A DNA stretch of 47,379 nucleotides from an uncultured Actinomycetes bacterium (GCA_964471265.1 CAYYFI010000003.1:1-47379); one strand, 5' to 3'. Positions 28,873-38,283 are shown, counted from the stretch's first letter. Translations and numbers: made by a program. Notes: generated from the letters alone by a model not told the origin.

Positions 28873-28963
28873 TAGCCATTAATAGCCACTTATAGGCGTT
28901 AATGTGAGTGACCGCACCATGCGGGAATTCAGTGTTTTTTACGCTTAAGACTAAGATTTGCAC

Positions 28964-29725
28964 ATGCCTCTTTCGCCTCGAAAAGCAATTAAAAGCTCGC
29001 TATTAGGTGCGTCCATAGCCCTTGGAGCGTTGGCCCTAACCGGATGTGAAAATGGTTCGGTATATGGTTATGAAAAAGATTTATCTAGCGTAAATGAAGT
29101 TTCTTGGCATCTTTGGCGCGGAGCTTGGCTTGCCGCAGCGGTAGTTGGAATCTTTACTGCAGTTTTAATTCTTTGGCCAGTGCTGCGCCATCGTCGCAAA
29201 GAGGGCGATCCACAATATCCAAAGCAGACTCAATACAACGTACCGGTTGAAGTTGCTTACACAATCATTCCATTCATAATCGTGGCGGTGCTTTTCTATT
29301 TCACGGCCCGCGATGAAGCAACCATTATTGCCAAAGAACCATCAAAGGTAATGCACACAATTGATGTCACGGGTATTCAATGGTCTTGGCAATTTGGCCA
29401 TCAAGATGGCGGTCCTGCAGCGGTTGTAACTGGTACCCCAGCGCAACCACCGACCTTAGTTTTGCCACAAGGGGAGCGCGTTAAATTTAATATTCATTCA
29501 AACGATGTAGTGCATGGGTTTTGGATCCCTGCATTTATGATTCAAATTCAAAATTTACCTGGCGTTACCAACCACATTGAATTTACGGCAAACAAACTTG
29601 GAGAATATCCAGGTCGTTGCAACATTCTCTGTGGACGTAATCACTCGCAGATGGTTTTCAAAGTTAAAGTTGTAACTCCAACTGAATACGATACTTATGT
29701 TGAAACACTAAAGGCAGGCGCATAA
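28964..29725 (+). CDS. ctaC: Cytochrome c oxidase (aa3) subunit II
   Basis: Lipobox-like LALTGC, two TM segments, and a cupredoxin domain with the CuA motif H...[15 protein letters not shown] 28964 sits 6 nt after TAAGAT. The ORF-track TTG 28958 adds 2 residues. Confidence 0.9.
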   Translation: MPLSPRKAIKSSLLGASIALGALALTGCENGSVYGYEKDLSSVNEVSWHLWRGAWLAAAVVGIFTAVLILWPVLRHRRKEGDPQYPKQTQYNVPVEVAYTIIPFIIVAVLFYFTARDEATIIAKEPSKVMHTIDVTGIQWSWQFGHQDGGPAAVVTGTPAQPPTLVLPQGERVKFNIHSNDVVHGFWIPAFMIQIQNLPGVTNHIEFTANKLGEYPGRCNILCGRNHSQMVFKVKVVTPTEYDTYVETLKAGA

Positions 29726-31386
29726 TGACAACCTATGCTCAACCACCAGTAACACAGATAAAGAATGCGCCAATCAAGCCCACCTCCAAAGGACGATTAT
29801 TCGTAAAGTGGATTACCTCAACGGACCACAAGACCATCGGTTACATGTACCTCATTGCAACATTCGTATGGTTTCTAGTTGGCGGTTTATTAGCGCTATT
29901 TCTACGCTCTGAATTAGCACGCCCAGGATTGCAATTCTTATCAAACGAGCAATACAACCAAATTTTCACCATGCACGGAACCATTATGTTGTTGATGTTT
30001 GCAACCCCATTGTTCGTGGGATTTGCCAACGTAATTATGCCGTTGCAAATTGGTGCAGCAGACGTCGCCTTCCCAAGATTAAACATGTTTTCATTCTGGT
30101 TATTCTTATTTGGCGGTCTTATGGCTACCGCTGGATTTTTATCTCCAGGTGGCGCGGCATCATTTGGTTGGACTGCATATGCACCGCTAGCTAACGCGGA
30201 ATATTCACCAGGAATCGGTGGCGATCTTTGGATTGTCGGACTTGCCCTTGGCGGTCTTGGCACAATTCTTGGTGGCGTAAATTTCATCACCACTATTTTC
30301 ACAATGCGTGCACCAGGTATGACTATGTTCCGTATGTCCATCTTCTCTTGGAACGTTTTGTTAACTTCGATTTTGGTGTTGCTAGCTTTCCCACCACTGG
30401 CTGCAGCATTCCTAGCTTTGGAATCCGATCGTTTATTCGGAACTCATATTTTTGATCCAGCAAATGGCGGCGCGATGTTATGGCAGCACTTGTTCTGGTT
30501 CTTTGGACACCCAGAGGTGTATATCTTGGCGCTGCCATTCTTTGGCGTGATCACTGAAATTTTGCCGGTATTTAGTCGCAAACCTGTCTTTGGTTACAAA
30601 GGTTTGATTGCGGCAACTATCGCAATCGCCGCATTATCAGTTTCAGTTTGGGCGCACCACTTATTTGCAACTGGCCAAGTTTTATTGCCGTTCTTCTCTT
30701 TCATGACTTTCCTTATTGGTGTACCAACTGGTGTGAAGTTCTTTAACTGGATTGGCACCATGTGGCGCGGTTCCATTTCGATGGATACCCCAATGTATTG
30801 GGCCGTAGGATTCTTAATCACCTTCTTATTTGGTGGATTAACTGGAATTATTTTGGCCTCACCACCACTAGATTTTGCAGTTTCTGCTTCGTATTTCGTG
30901 GTCGCACACTTCCATTATGTGCTCTTTGGAACTGTGGTCTTTGCGATGTTCGGTGGTTTCTACTTCTGGTGGCCAAAGATGACAGGCAAGATGCTAGATG
31001 AACGTCTTGGCAAAATTCATTTCTGGACGCTCTTCTTTGGTTTCCACATGACATTTTTAGTTCAACACTGGTTAGGCATTAAAGGAATGTCACGTCGTTA
31101 TGCTGATTATCTTGCGACTGATGGCTTCACCACTTTGAATATGATTTCAACTGTTGGTTCATTCTTATTAGCGCTTTCGATGATTCCTTGGTTTGTAAAC
31201 ATTTGGATTACTCGTAAATCACCAAAGGTCGAAGTTAATGATCCGTGGGGTTATGGCCAATCACTTGAGTGGGCCACGACTTGCCCACCACCACGTCATA
31301 ACTTCTATTCAATGCCACGTATCCGATCTGAGCGACCAGCTTGGGATGTTAATCATCCGGAAGCGCCGATTGAAAGGCTGCACTAA
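29725..31386 (+). CDS. ctaD: Cytochrome c oxidase subunit I
   Basis: Haem-copper oxidase signatures ([26 protein letters not shown]); 553 aa; TAATG overlap with ctaC. Confidence 0.98.
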   Translation: MTTYAQPPVTQIKNAPIKPTSKGRLFVKWITSTDHKTIGYMYLIATFVWFLVGGLLALFLRSELARPGLQFLSNEQYNQIFTMHGTIMLLMFATPLFVGFANVIMPLQIGAADVAFPRLNMFSFWLFLFGGLMATAGFLSPGGAASFGWTAYAPLANAEYSPGIGGDLWIVGLALGGLGTILGGVNFITTIFTMRAPGMTMFRMSIFSWNVLLTSILVLLAFPPLAAAFLALESDRLFGTHIFDPANGGAMLWQHLFWFFGHPEVYILALPFFGVITEILPVFSRKPVFGYKGLIAATIAIAALSVSVWAHHLFATGQVLLPFFSFMTFLIGVPTGVKFFNWIGTMWRGSISMDTPMYWAVGFLITFLFGGLTGIILASPPLDFAVSASYFVVAHFHYVLFGTVVFAMFGGFYFWWPKMTGKMLDERLGKIHFWTLFFGFHMTFLVQHWLGIKGMSRRYADYLATDGFTTLNMISTVGSFLLALSMIPWFVNIWITRKSPKVEVNDPWGYGQSLEWATTCPPPRHNFYSMPRIRSERPAWDVNHPEAPIERLH

Positions 31387-31388
31387 GC

Positions 31389-31793
31389 ATGAAAACCTCT
31401 TGGGTACTTTTTGGAGGCATTGGACTTTTCTATATTTTGATGGGTTCCATCTACGCAAGTATCGGTGGCGATCCTGCCGGTATTGCATGTCTATTTCTTA
31501 GCGCAGCGCTAGCAATCTTGGTAGCGTTTTATGTTTGGTTTACCCAGAAAAAAATCGGCAGCATTCTTCCAGAAGATAATTTGGAAGCAGAGATTGCAGA
31601 TGGAGCAGGAGAGTTAGGTTTCTACTCTCCACATTCATGGTGGCCACTTCCAGTCGCAGTCTTTACCATTATGGCGGGCTTAGGTTTGATTATCGGCTGG
31701 TGGTTAACTGCAATCGCTATTGGCGGACTAATTATTTCTATTATCGGTTTTATTACTGAATACGAAAAACCAGAAACGCTTAACCATCACTAG
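31389..31793 (+). CDS. ctaF: Cytochrome c oxidase subunit IV (actinobacterial CtaF)
   Basis: 134 aa, 4 TM segments, immediately downstream of ctaD (2-nt gap), as in actinobacterial ctaCDF/ctaCF clusters. Confidence 0.75.
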   Translation: MKTSWVLFGGIGLFYILMGSIYASIGGDPAGIACLFLSAALAILVAFYVWFTQKKIGSILPEDNLEAEIADGAGELGFYSPHSWWPLPVAVFTIMAGLGLIIGWWLTAIAIGGLIISIIGFITEYEKPETLNHH

Positions 31794-32625
31794 ATTCTTA
31801 GAAGCTATATTTCTCGGTTTAGTCCAAGGCCTAACCGAGTTTTTACCAATTTCCTCAAGTGCACACTTAAGAATAGTTGGTGAATTCTTACCAAGCGCTA
31901 AAGATCCAGGCGCAGCTTTTACTGCAATCACACAGATAGGTACCGAACTTGCAGTTCTGATTTTCTTTCGAAATGAGATAGTTTCGATAATAAAGAGTTG
32001 GTTCAATTTCTCAATTTTGCGAAGAAAAGATTTAAGTGTCATAGAGAAATCAGAAAACAAAATGGGCTGGCTAATTATTATTGGTTCAATTCCCATATTC
32101 TTTTTGGGATTCTTGCTCCAAGACTTAATTAAGGAAAATTTTCGCTCACTAACTTTGATTGCAATCACTTTAATTCTGTTTGGTTTAGTGCTTGGCTTTG
32201 CTGACTATATTGGCGATGATTCTAAAAATCTAAAAGAACTAAAAACCTGGCAAACTTTGATATTCGGAATTGGGCAATCGATGGCGCTTATTCCTGGAGT
32301 TTCCAGATCTGGGATGACAATCGCAGTCGGTAGATTTATGGGTTTTAGCCGAAGTGCCGCAACTAAATTTTCATTCTTGCTTGCCGTGCCAGCGGTACTT
32401 GGAAGTGGTTTGTATGAGCTCTATCAAACACTTCAGGATCCAAGCAAAGAAGTTTTTACTTTAACTCAAACATTTATCGCTACTTTAATAGCCTTCTTTG
32501 TTGGATACGCGGTTATTGCTTGGCTCATGAAATTTGTATCAACAAGAAGCTATCTTCCATTTGTGATTTATAGAGTTCTTTTGGGCATGGCACTACTCGG
32601 TGCGCTTGCGCTCAATTTGATTTAA
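31786..32625 (+). CDS. uppP: Undecaprenyl-diphosphate phosphatase (BacA/UppP); start codon non-canonical/uncertain
   Basis: The frame is open from 31732. Residues EAIFLGLVQGLTEFLPISSSAHLRIVG (31801..) are the hallmark UppP N-terminus, yet the first ATG/GTG/TTG in frame is TTG 32017 (ORF track), which would delete it. ATC 31786 gives an N-terminal length like other UppP proteins. The start coordinate is therefore provisional. Confidence 0.8.
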   Translation: MTRFLEAIFLGLVQGLTEFLPISSSAHLRIVGEFLPSAKDPGAAFTAITQIGTELAVLIFFRNEIVSIIKSWFNFSILRRKDLSVIEKSENKMGWLIIIGSIPIFFLGFLLQDLIKENFRSLTLIAITLILFGLVLGFADYIGDDSKNLKELKTWQTLIFGIGQSMALIPGVSRSGMTIAVGRFMGFSRSAATKFSFLLAVPAVLGSGLYELYQTLQDPSKEVFTLTQTFIATLIAFFVGYAVIAWLMKFVSTRSYLPFVIYRVLLGMALLGALALNLI

Positions 32626-32641
32626 ACTTTCTCAGTTTAAA

Positions 32642-34228
32642 TTAGTGATGAGATTCGTTCTCAAGCTCGAGTGCAGTTGGCTTTGCAATCTGTTCTGCAT
32701 TTGCAGCTGACCAATTAGCACGTAGCTTTGAGAGTAATCGACCAGGGCGGCTTACGCCATTTGCATCATATTCTGGCAGAGCTAGAGCGCCTGGCTGTTC
32801 GTGCGAGGTGAGCTTCCAAATCTCTTCCTTTGAAAGTGGCTCATGAATTTCCACAAATTCTCCATGTGGCAAGCGGACTAAACGACCAGTTTCGCGGCCA
32901 TGTAATACCAATTCACGGTCTGCTCTTTGTAGCGATAAACAAATTCGCTTAGTTACAAAGAAGGTGATTATCGGAAGCACAATGATTCCAATTCGTGCAA
33001 ACCACATGATGTGATTGATTGAAGAAGAAAAGTGCGTTGCAATCAAGTCATTGCCACCATTTAATAGTGCCACAAAGAAGAACATCATTACCGCAGCGCC
33101 AATCGCGGTGCGATTTGGAACGTTGCGAGGACGATCAAGTAAGTGATGTTCGCGCTTATCTCCAGTAATCCAACTTTCAATCCATGGATATAACGCCATT
33201 GGAGTAAATACCAAGCCAGGAATAATCAAACCTGGAATCAAAATATTCCATGAAATAGTGTGACCAAGGAAGTGAGTTTCTAGAGGCGGCGCCATACGAA
33301 CCAAGCCATCAATCCATCCCATATAGAAATCTGGTTGCGAACCTGCAGAGATTTGTCCTGGTGTATATGGTCCATAGAGCCAGATTGGGTTCATAGATGC
33401 CACTGCACCAAGTAGCGCAGTAATTCCAAATACTACGAAAAAGAAACCACCAGCTTTTGCCATATAAATTGGCATAAGTGGGTAACCAACTACATTCTTT
33501 TCAGTGCGACCTGGACCTGGATATTGAGTGTGTTTCTGATACCAAACCAACATTAAGTGCGCAGTAATCAGCGCAAGGAAAATTCCTGGCAAAAGTAAAA
33601 CGTGCACTGTGTAGATGCGTGGAATGAATGATTCACCAGGGAATGGTCCACCGAAAACAAAATAGGCAAGGTAACTACCGACGACCGGGAAAGCTTGGAT
33701 AATCGCTTCAGTAATACGAATACCAGTTCCTGAGAGCAAGTCATCTGGAAGTGAGTAGCCCAAGAAACCTTCAATGATTCCTAGCGTAAGTAGTCCAATA
33801 CCAATGACCCAGTTAAATTCGCGTGGCTTACGGAATGCACCCGTAAAGAAGACGCGAAGCATATGAATAATCATGCCGGCCATAAAGATAATTGCAGCCC
33901 AGTGGTGAATCTGGCGCATCAATAAACCACCACGTACATCAAAGGAAATGTGTAGCGCAGATTCATATGCAGCTGACATCTTCAAACCTTTTAGCGGCTC
34001 ATATGAACCGTTATAAATAACTTCCTTTGAAGAAGGATCAAACCAAAATGTTAAGAAAGTACCGGTTGCAAGCAGAATAATGAATGAGTAGAGCACAATC
34101 TCGCCGAGCAAGAATGACCAATGATCTGGAAAGACTTTAGTTAAATTCTTCTTAAGCCACTTTGCCGCACCGGTTCGTTCATCAACAAAGTTAGCAATTA
34201 CTGCAGGAACTTTTTCTTTAGCGCTCAT
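32642..34228 (-). CDS. qcrB: Cytochrome bc1 complex cytochrome b subunit
   Basis: Haem-ligand His pairs in TM helices (RQIHHWAA..., HVLLLPG), PEWY-region equivalent; 528 aa with an actinobacterial C-terminal extension. Confidence 0.95.
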   Translation of the reverse strand: MSAKEKVPAVIANFVDERTGAAKWLKKNLTKVFPDHWSFLLGEIVLYSFIILLATGTFLTFWFDPSSKEVIYNGSYEPLKGLKMSAAYESALHISFDVRGGLLMRQIHHWAAIIFMAGMIIHMLRVFFTGAFRKPREFNWVIGIGLLTLGIIEGFLGYSLPDDLLSGTGIRITEAIIQAFPVVGSYLAYFVFGGPFPGESFIPRIYTVHVLLLPGIFLALITAHLMLVWYQKHTQYPGPGRTEKNVVGYPLMPIYMAKAGGFFFVVFGITALLGAVASMNPIWLYGPYTPGQISAGSQPDFYMGWIDGLVRMAPPLETHFLGHTISWNILIPGLIIPGLVFTPMALYPWIESWITGDKREHHLLDRPRNVPNRTAIGAAVMMFFFVALLNGGNDLIATHFSSSINHIMWFARIGIIVLPIITFFVTKRICLSLQRADRELVLHGRETGRLVRLPHGEFVEIHEPLSKEEIWKLTSHEQPGALALPEYDANGVSRPGRLLSKLRANWSAANAEQIAKPTALELENESHH

Positions 34229-35220
34229 TTGCTATCACGCTCCCAAAAGCTAGGACCGACTGGTTCGTTGAATGGAGATTTTGCAATTAAGTATCCTTCT
34301 GAATCTATAGTGATAGGAAGTTGCGGAAGCGGACGAGCCGCTGGGCCGAAGATCACCTTTGCTGCACGGGTAACATCAAAAGTTGATTGATGGCATGGGC
34401 AGAGCAGATGATGTGTTTGTTGTTCGTAGAGAGCAACTGCGCAACCCATATGCGAACAAATCTTTGAGAAAGCGATAATGCCCTCGTGCGTCCAAGAGAG
34501 GCGTTCATCATCTAAATTAAAATCTTCAGGGCGAAGACGAATTAACAAAACTGGATCTTTTGCAGTGTTATTTAAGGTGCGCTCTTCACCAGGAGCAAGT
34601 TCTGGCATGGTCTGCACCACCGCGCCCACTTCTAGATCGGAAACTTTAATTGGGCGATCACCTGGATCGGTGACTAGCCGTGTGCCAGCTTTCCAAGAAG
34701 TTTTCTCTAATTCTTTTTCTGGCAGTGGACCTAAATCACGTAACAAAATGATTGGACCAAGTCCAACCAGTCCAAGTGCAGCGCCAAGAGTGCGCTTAAT
34801 TAAAGGTCGACGCCCGATACCTGCGGTAGCGCCTTGAGTTTTTACAGTCTCTACAAATTCCTTGCGATCTTCATCTGCTGAGCGCATCTCATGGCGATAC
34901 GCAATCACTTCCGTATCTGGCATTAAGAAACGTGCCCAAGCAATCGCACCAATTCCGATAAATAAAAATGCGCCAGACATGCAAAGCCCCAACATTAATT
35001 GTTGAAGATTCATATCTCCGAGAATCGGAATGAAAGCGTAAGCATCTTTTTTAATTCCAACGTAGGAATAAATAAACCCAACCGTACTGATTGCAGATAA
35101 CGCAAAGAGTGAAGCTACTTGGCGTTCGGCACGCTTCTCAGCTTTTGGATCAATATCTGTCTTGCGATGAACATGTTCCGGTAATCCCGGATTCTCAATC
35201 GGATTTAATTCCTTTGACAT
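34225..35220 (-). CDS. qcrA: Cytochrome bc1 complex Rieske iron-sulfur subunit
   Basis: Rieske boxes CSHMGC and CPCHQS; three N-terminal TM segments; 4-nt overlap with qcrB. Confidence 0.93.
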   Translation of the reverse strand: MSKELNPIENPGLPEHVHRKTDIDPKAEKRAERQVASLFALSAISTVGFIYSYVGIKKDAYAFIPILGDMNLQQLMLGLCMSGAFLFIGIGAIAWARFLMPDTEVIAYRHEMRSADEDRKEFVETVKTQGATAGIGRRPLIKRTLGAALGLVGLGPIILLRDLGPLPEKELEKTSWKAGTRLVTDPGDRPIKVSDLEVGAVVQTMPELAPGEERTLNNTAKDPVLLIRLRPEDFNLDDERLSWTHEGIIAFSKICSHMGCAVALYEQQTHHLLCPCHQSTFDVTRAAKVIFGPAARPLPQLPITIDSEGYLIAKSPFNEPVGPSFWERDSK

Positions 35221-35221
35221 G

Positions 35222-36013
35222 TCATCTCGCTTTCGATGCTAACCAGACTGCAATACCAATTAACAGTCCAAGTCCAAATACCCAACCAAATAAACCTTCA
35301 GTAACCGGACCAACACGTCCTAAAGACATTCCACCTTGCGGCTTCTCTTGTTCAGCATTTTTGATGTACTTGATAATGGAAAGTTTCTCTTCTGGTGTCA
35401 GTGTTTTATCAGAGAAAACTGGCATTGATTGCGGACCCGTAATCATGGCTTCGTAGATATGAACTGCTTCAACGCCCATAAGTGTTGGTGCGTACTTACC
35501 TTGAGTGAGCGCACCACCTTGACCTGCGAAGTTATGACACATCGCGCAGTTGGTACGGAATAGTTCGCCACCTTCTGCCAAACTGCCATCGCGTTCATAA
35601 TTTAGTTGTTCATCAGTTGGAATTGCTGGGCCAGGTGCCAGTGACGCGACATAAGCAGCCAACGCTGCGGTTTCTTCCGCATCGTAAACCGGGGTTTTAC
35701 GCATTGCCTGTACTGACATATCTGCCATCGGCATACGGCCGGTGCCAACTTGGAAATCTACTGATGCTGCACCAACACCGATTAATGATGGTGCGATATC
35801 TGATCCTTCAGCATTAAGACCGTGACAAGAGGAGCAACCTTTTAAGAATAATTGCTTACCTTCTTCGATCTGAGCCGATCTTGCAGCTGGAGTTTGAGCT
35901 GCAGTGGTCTCTGCTGAAGCAGTTAACGCACTAAAAGTGGTGCCAGTTGTAATTAATGCGAAAAGTAAAAGAACAGGTGATGCGAAGCGAGCTTTGCGAT
36001 AACGCGAAATCAT
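35222..36013 (-). CDS. qcrC: Cytochrome bc1 complex dihaem cytochrome c subunit
   Basis: Two CxxCH motifs (CSSCH, CAMCH), a signal/anchor N-terminus and a C-terminal TM segment. Confidence 0.92.
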   Translation of the reverse strand: MISRYRKARFASPVLLLFALITTGTTFSALTASAETTAAQTPAARSAQIEEGKQLFLKGCSSCHGLNAEGSDIAPSLIGVGAASVDFQVGTGRMPMADMSVQAMRKTPVYDAEETAALAAYVASLAPGPAIPTDEQLNYERDGSLAEGGELFRTNCAMCHNFAGQGGALTQGKYAPTLMGVEAVHIYEAMITGPQSMPVFSDKTLTPEEKLSIIKYIKNAEQEKPQGGMSLGRVGPVTEGLFGWVFGLGLLIGIAVWLASKAR

Positions 36014-36027
36014 CTAGTTCATTTCCT

Positions 36028-36660
36028 TTACTTGATCAAATAGATAGCAGAGAAGAGGGCAATCCAAACTACGTCCACAAAGTGCCAGTAATAAGAGACC
36101 ACAATTGCGGTAGTTGCTTGTGAGTGTCCAAAGCGACGTGCCTTTGCAACTCGAATCATCACTAACAGAAAGGCAATTAGCCCACCAGTTACGTGAAGTC
36201 CGTGGAACCCAGTTGCTAAATAAAAAACTGAACCATATGCATTTGAGGAGAGAGTCATGCCCTCCTGTACTAGTGACGCATATTCATAAATTTGTCCACC
36301 AATAAAGAAAGCACCCATCAAAAATGTAAGCGCAAACCATTCACGCATTCCCCAACGAGAGATTTGCAAAAGTGAACCGGTGCGACGAGGTTGAAAACGT
36401 TCTGCAGCGAAGACACCAAATTGGCAAGTAACTGACGAAAGCACCAGCACGGTTGTGTTTATTGCCGCAAATGGAATATTTAGAATGCTTGTAGATTCAA
36501 GCCAAATGTCTGGACCTTGCACTGCACGTGTAGTGAAGTACATGGCAAAGAGGGCTGCGAAGAACATTAGTTCAGATGAGAGCCAAACAATTGTTCCGAC
36601 CGCGACCAAATTTGGACGATTAACCTTGTGTGAACTCAAGGCGCTAGAAGCATTAGACAT
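36028..36660 (-). CDS. ctaE: Cytochrome c oxidase subunit III
   Basis: Five TM segments; conserved [10 protein letters not shown] and WHFVDVVW motifs. ATG 36660 gives 210 aa (usual size). The ORF-track start at 36729 adds 23 unconserved residues. Confidence 0.93.
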   Translation of the reverse strand: MSNASSALSSHKVNRPNLVAVGTIVWLSSELMFFAALFAMYFTTRAVQGPDIWLESTSILNIPFAAINTTVLVLSSVTCQFGVFAAERFQPRRTGSLLQISRWGMREWFALTFLMGAFFIGGQIYEYASLVQEGMTLSSNAYGSVFYLATGFHGLHVTGGLIAFLLVMIRVAKARRFGHSQATTAIVVSYYWHFVDVVWIALFSAIYLIK

Positions 36661-36736
36661 ACCGCGAATTATCGCGGAAAACACGCGTAAACTCACATCT
36701 TTGGCCGGTGAATTCCGCGGAATTACCACTCAAATT

Positions 36737-36754
36737 AGGTGAAACGGCTCACCT
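36737..36754. promoter_or_regulatory. CRP/FNR(GlxR)-type palindrome AGGTGA-N6-TCACCT in the ctaE / receiver-trpD divergent region
   Basis: AGGTGAAACGGCTCACCT read directly; the core GTGA-N6-TCAC matches the CRP-family half-site spacing. The function is not demonstrated. Confidence 0.3.
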
Positions 36755-36809
36755 GTTTCAACCTAGAAATCGGTCGTTGGCCGATGAAAATAAGCCATAG
36801 AATTACGAC

Positions 36810-37220
36810 ATGAACGCGCGCGTGGTTATCTATTCTGATGATTCCGCTGTTCGCGCTGCGATTAAGGCCTCGCTTGGCAGCAAATTGGCCTCAGATTTAA
36901 ACGTCGAAGTCACCGAGTTTGCTACCGCGGATGCGTTACGCCAATACATAGACCAGACCGATACCAATGGTGCAGTTCGTGCAGATCTCTTTATTTTGGA
37001 TGGCGAAGCCGCCCCAGAAGGTGGGCTTGGTGTTGCTCGCCAATTAAAGGATGAAGTTTTTAATTGTCCGCCATCGATCGTGTTAATTGCTCGCCAATCT
37101 GATGCTTGGTTAGCTGCATGGTCGCGCGCTGAAGCTTCTCTCCAACACCCAGTAGATGCATTTGCATTGGCTAAGACAGCCACCGAACTACTACGCGCAC
37201 GCCTTTCGGCAAACGCTTAA
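36810..37220 (+). CDS. Stand-alone CheY-like receiver domain protein (atypical; no output domain)
   Basis: 136 aa. It has an acidic pair (YSDDS), a candidate phospho-acceptor Asp (LFILDGEA) and a beta-alpha periodicity. The conserved Lys of the K-P motif appears replaced (LQHPVD). Confidence 0.5.
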   Translation: MNARVVIYSDDSAVRAAIKASLGSKLASDLNVEVTEFATADALRQYIDQTDTNGAVRADLFILDGEAAPEGGLGVARQLKDEVFNCPPSIVLIARQSDAWLAAWSRAEASLQHPVDAFALAKTATELLRARLSANA

Positions 37221-37245
37221 TTATTTTAAATTTAAGAGCGTAATT

Positions 37246-38283
37246 ATGTCTTGGAAGCGCGCTTTTGAGTTACTAGAAAATTATTTAGATCTACCACCAG
37301 AACTCGTGCGTGAATTGATGCGCGATATTTTGCAAGGTAATGCACATGCTGATGATCTAAAGCGATTTCTCCTCGCTTTGAAAGAAAAGGGTGAAACTTC
37401 TGATGAGGTGGGTGCGCTGGTGGCAGAAATGTATGAACACTCAGCGCCAATAAATATCACTCAACGAGCTGTAGATATTGTCGGTACTGGTGGCGACAAA
37501 ATGAACACCATAAACATCTCCACAATGTCAGCCATTGTCGCTGCCGCAGCTGGGGCTGTGGTTGTAAAGCATGGAAATCGAGCCGCATCATCCAAATCCG
37601 GATCTGCCGATCTATTAGAAGCGTTAGGTGTGGCCATTAATTTAGACGGCAAATTAGTTGAGCATTGCGTTGAAGAGCTGCGTATTGGTTTCTGTTTTGC
37701 ACCAAATTTCCATCCCTCAATGCGTCACGCAGCATCGGTTCGAAAAGAGCTTGGAGTTCCAACCGTTTTTAATATTTTAGGGCCGCTTGCAAATCCAGCT
37801 AAACCAAAGTCTGCAGCAATCGGTGTGGCTAATGATCGAATGCATTTGGTTATGGCCCAAGTTCTGGGCGATCGAGGCGTAGATGGCTTTGTTTTTCGAG
37901 GCGATGACGGGCTTGATGAATTGACTTTAACTACAACTACTCAAGTTCTAACTATTGGAAATGGTGAAATTGAATCAGGACTTATCGACCCGCCTAAATT
38001 TGGAATTTCCTATTCGCCAATTGAAAAATTAGTAGGTGGCGAAGCATCAGAAAATGCCCAGATAGCGCTTTCTGTCTTTGCCGGCGAAAGCGGCGCCCCA
38101 AGAGATGCCACAATCTTGAATGCCGCGGCTGCGATTGCAGCGTATAACAATGATGCGGAATTGGATCTAGCAACCCGATTCGAAGAGGGTATTGCAGAAG
38201 CTACTCAAGCAATTGATAGCGGAGCTGCCACTGATTTGTTAAATCGTTGGGTTAAATTAACTCAAGCTTTAGTCAATTCGTAA
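37246..38283 (+). CDS. trpD: Anthranilate phosphoribosyltransferase
   Basis: GTGGD (VDIVGTGGDKMNTINIST), KHGNRAASSKSGSADLLE, NILGPLANP motifs. ATG 37246 gives 345 aa. The ORF-track start at 37156 overlaps the upstream gene. Confidence 0.96.
   Translation: MSWKRAFELLENYLDLPPELVRELMRDILQGNAHADDLKRFLLALKEKGETSDEVGALVAEMYEHSAPINITQRAVDIVGTGGDKMNTINISTMSAIVAAAAGAVVVKHGNRAASSKSGSADLLEALGVAINLDGKLVEHCVEELRIGFCFAPNFHPSMRHAASVRKELGVPTVFNILGPLANPAKPKSAAIGVANDRMHLVMAQVLGDRGVDGFVFRGDDGLDELTLTTTTQVLTIGNGEIESGLIDPPKFGISYSPIEKLVGGEASENAQIALSVFAGESGAPRDATILNAAAAIAAYNNDAELDLATRFEEGIAEATQAIDSGAATDLLNRWVKLTQALVNS

Noticed and set aside
28903-28918. TGTGA-GTGACC-GCACC upstream of ctaC as a CRP-type site.
   Set aside because: Only the left half-site matches; the right half matches at 3 of 5 positions. 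It is mentioned only as context for the stronger site at 36737-36754.
28912-28940. A hairpin CCGCA-CCA-TGCGG followed by T6 after the HesB-like gene, as a possible terminator.
   Set aside because: The stem is only 5 bp and the T-run starts 10 nt after it. This is not a canonical intrinsic terminator, so I did not list it as a feature.
29841-30341. Long antisense ORFs inside well-supported genes: 166 aa opposite ctaD (29841-30341), 146 aa opposite uppP (31728-32168), 134 aa opposite the SDR gene (3778-4182), 132 aa opposite the MMPL gene (12943-13341), 124/119 aa opposite sucB (17840-18214, 18407-18766), 122/106/109 aa opposite pepA, and 117 aa opposite the receiver gene.
   Set aside because: Each lies fully within a CDS whose product has unmistakable family motifs. 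Their translations are low-complexity or Pro/Arg/Ser-rich with no recognisable motifs, SD or -10 element. The sucB ones simply mirror the Ala/Pro/Val linker repeats.
31756-31793. A programmed +1 frameshift fusing CtaF to UppP, since the uppP frame is open across the last 20 codons of ctaF.
   Set aside because: There is no convincing +1 slippery/stall context. The only homopolymer is GAA-AAA-CC (A5), which would favour -1, the wrong frame. A CtaF-UppP fusion has no precedent that I know of. A non-canonical start or reinitiation is simpler.
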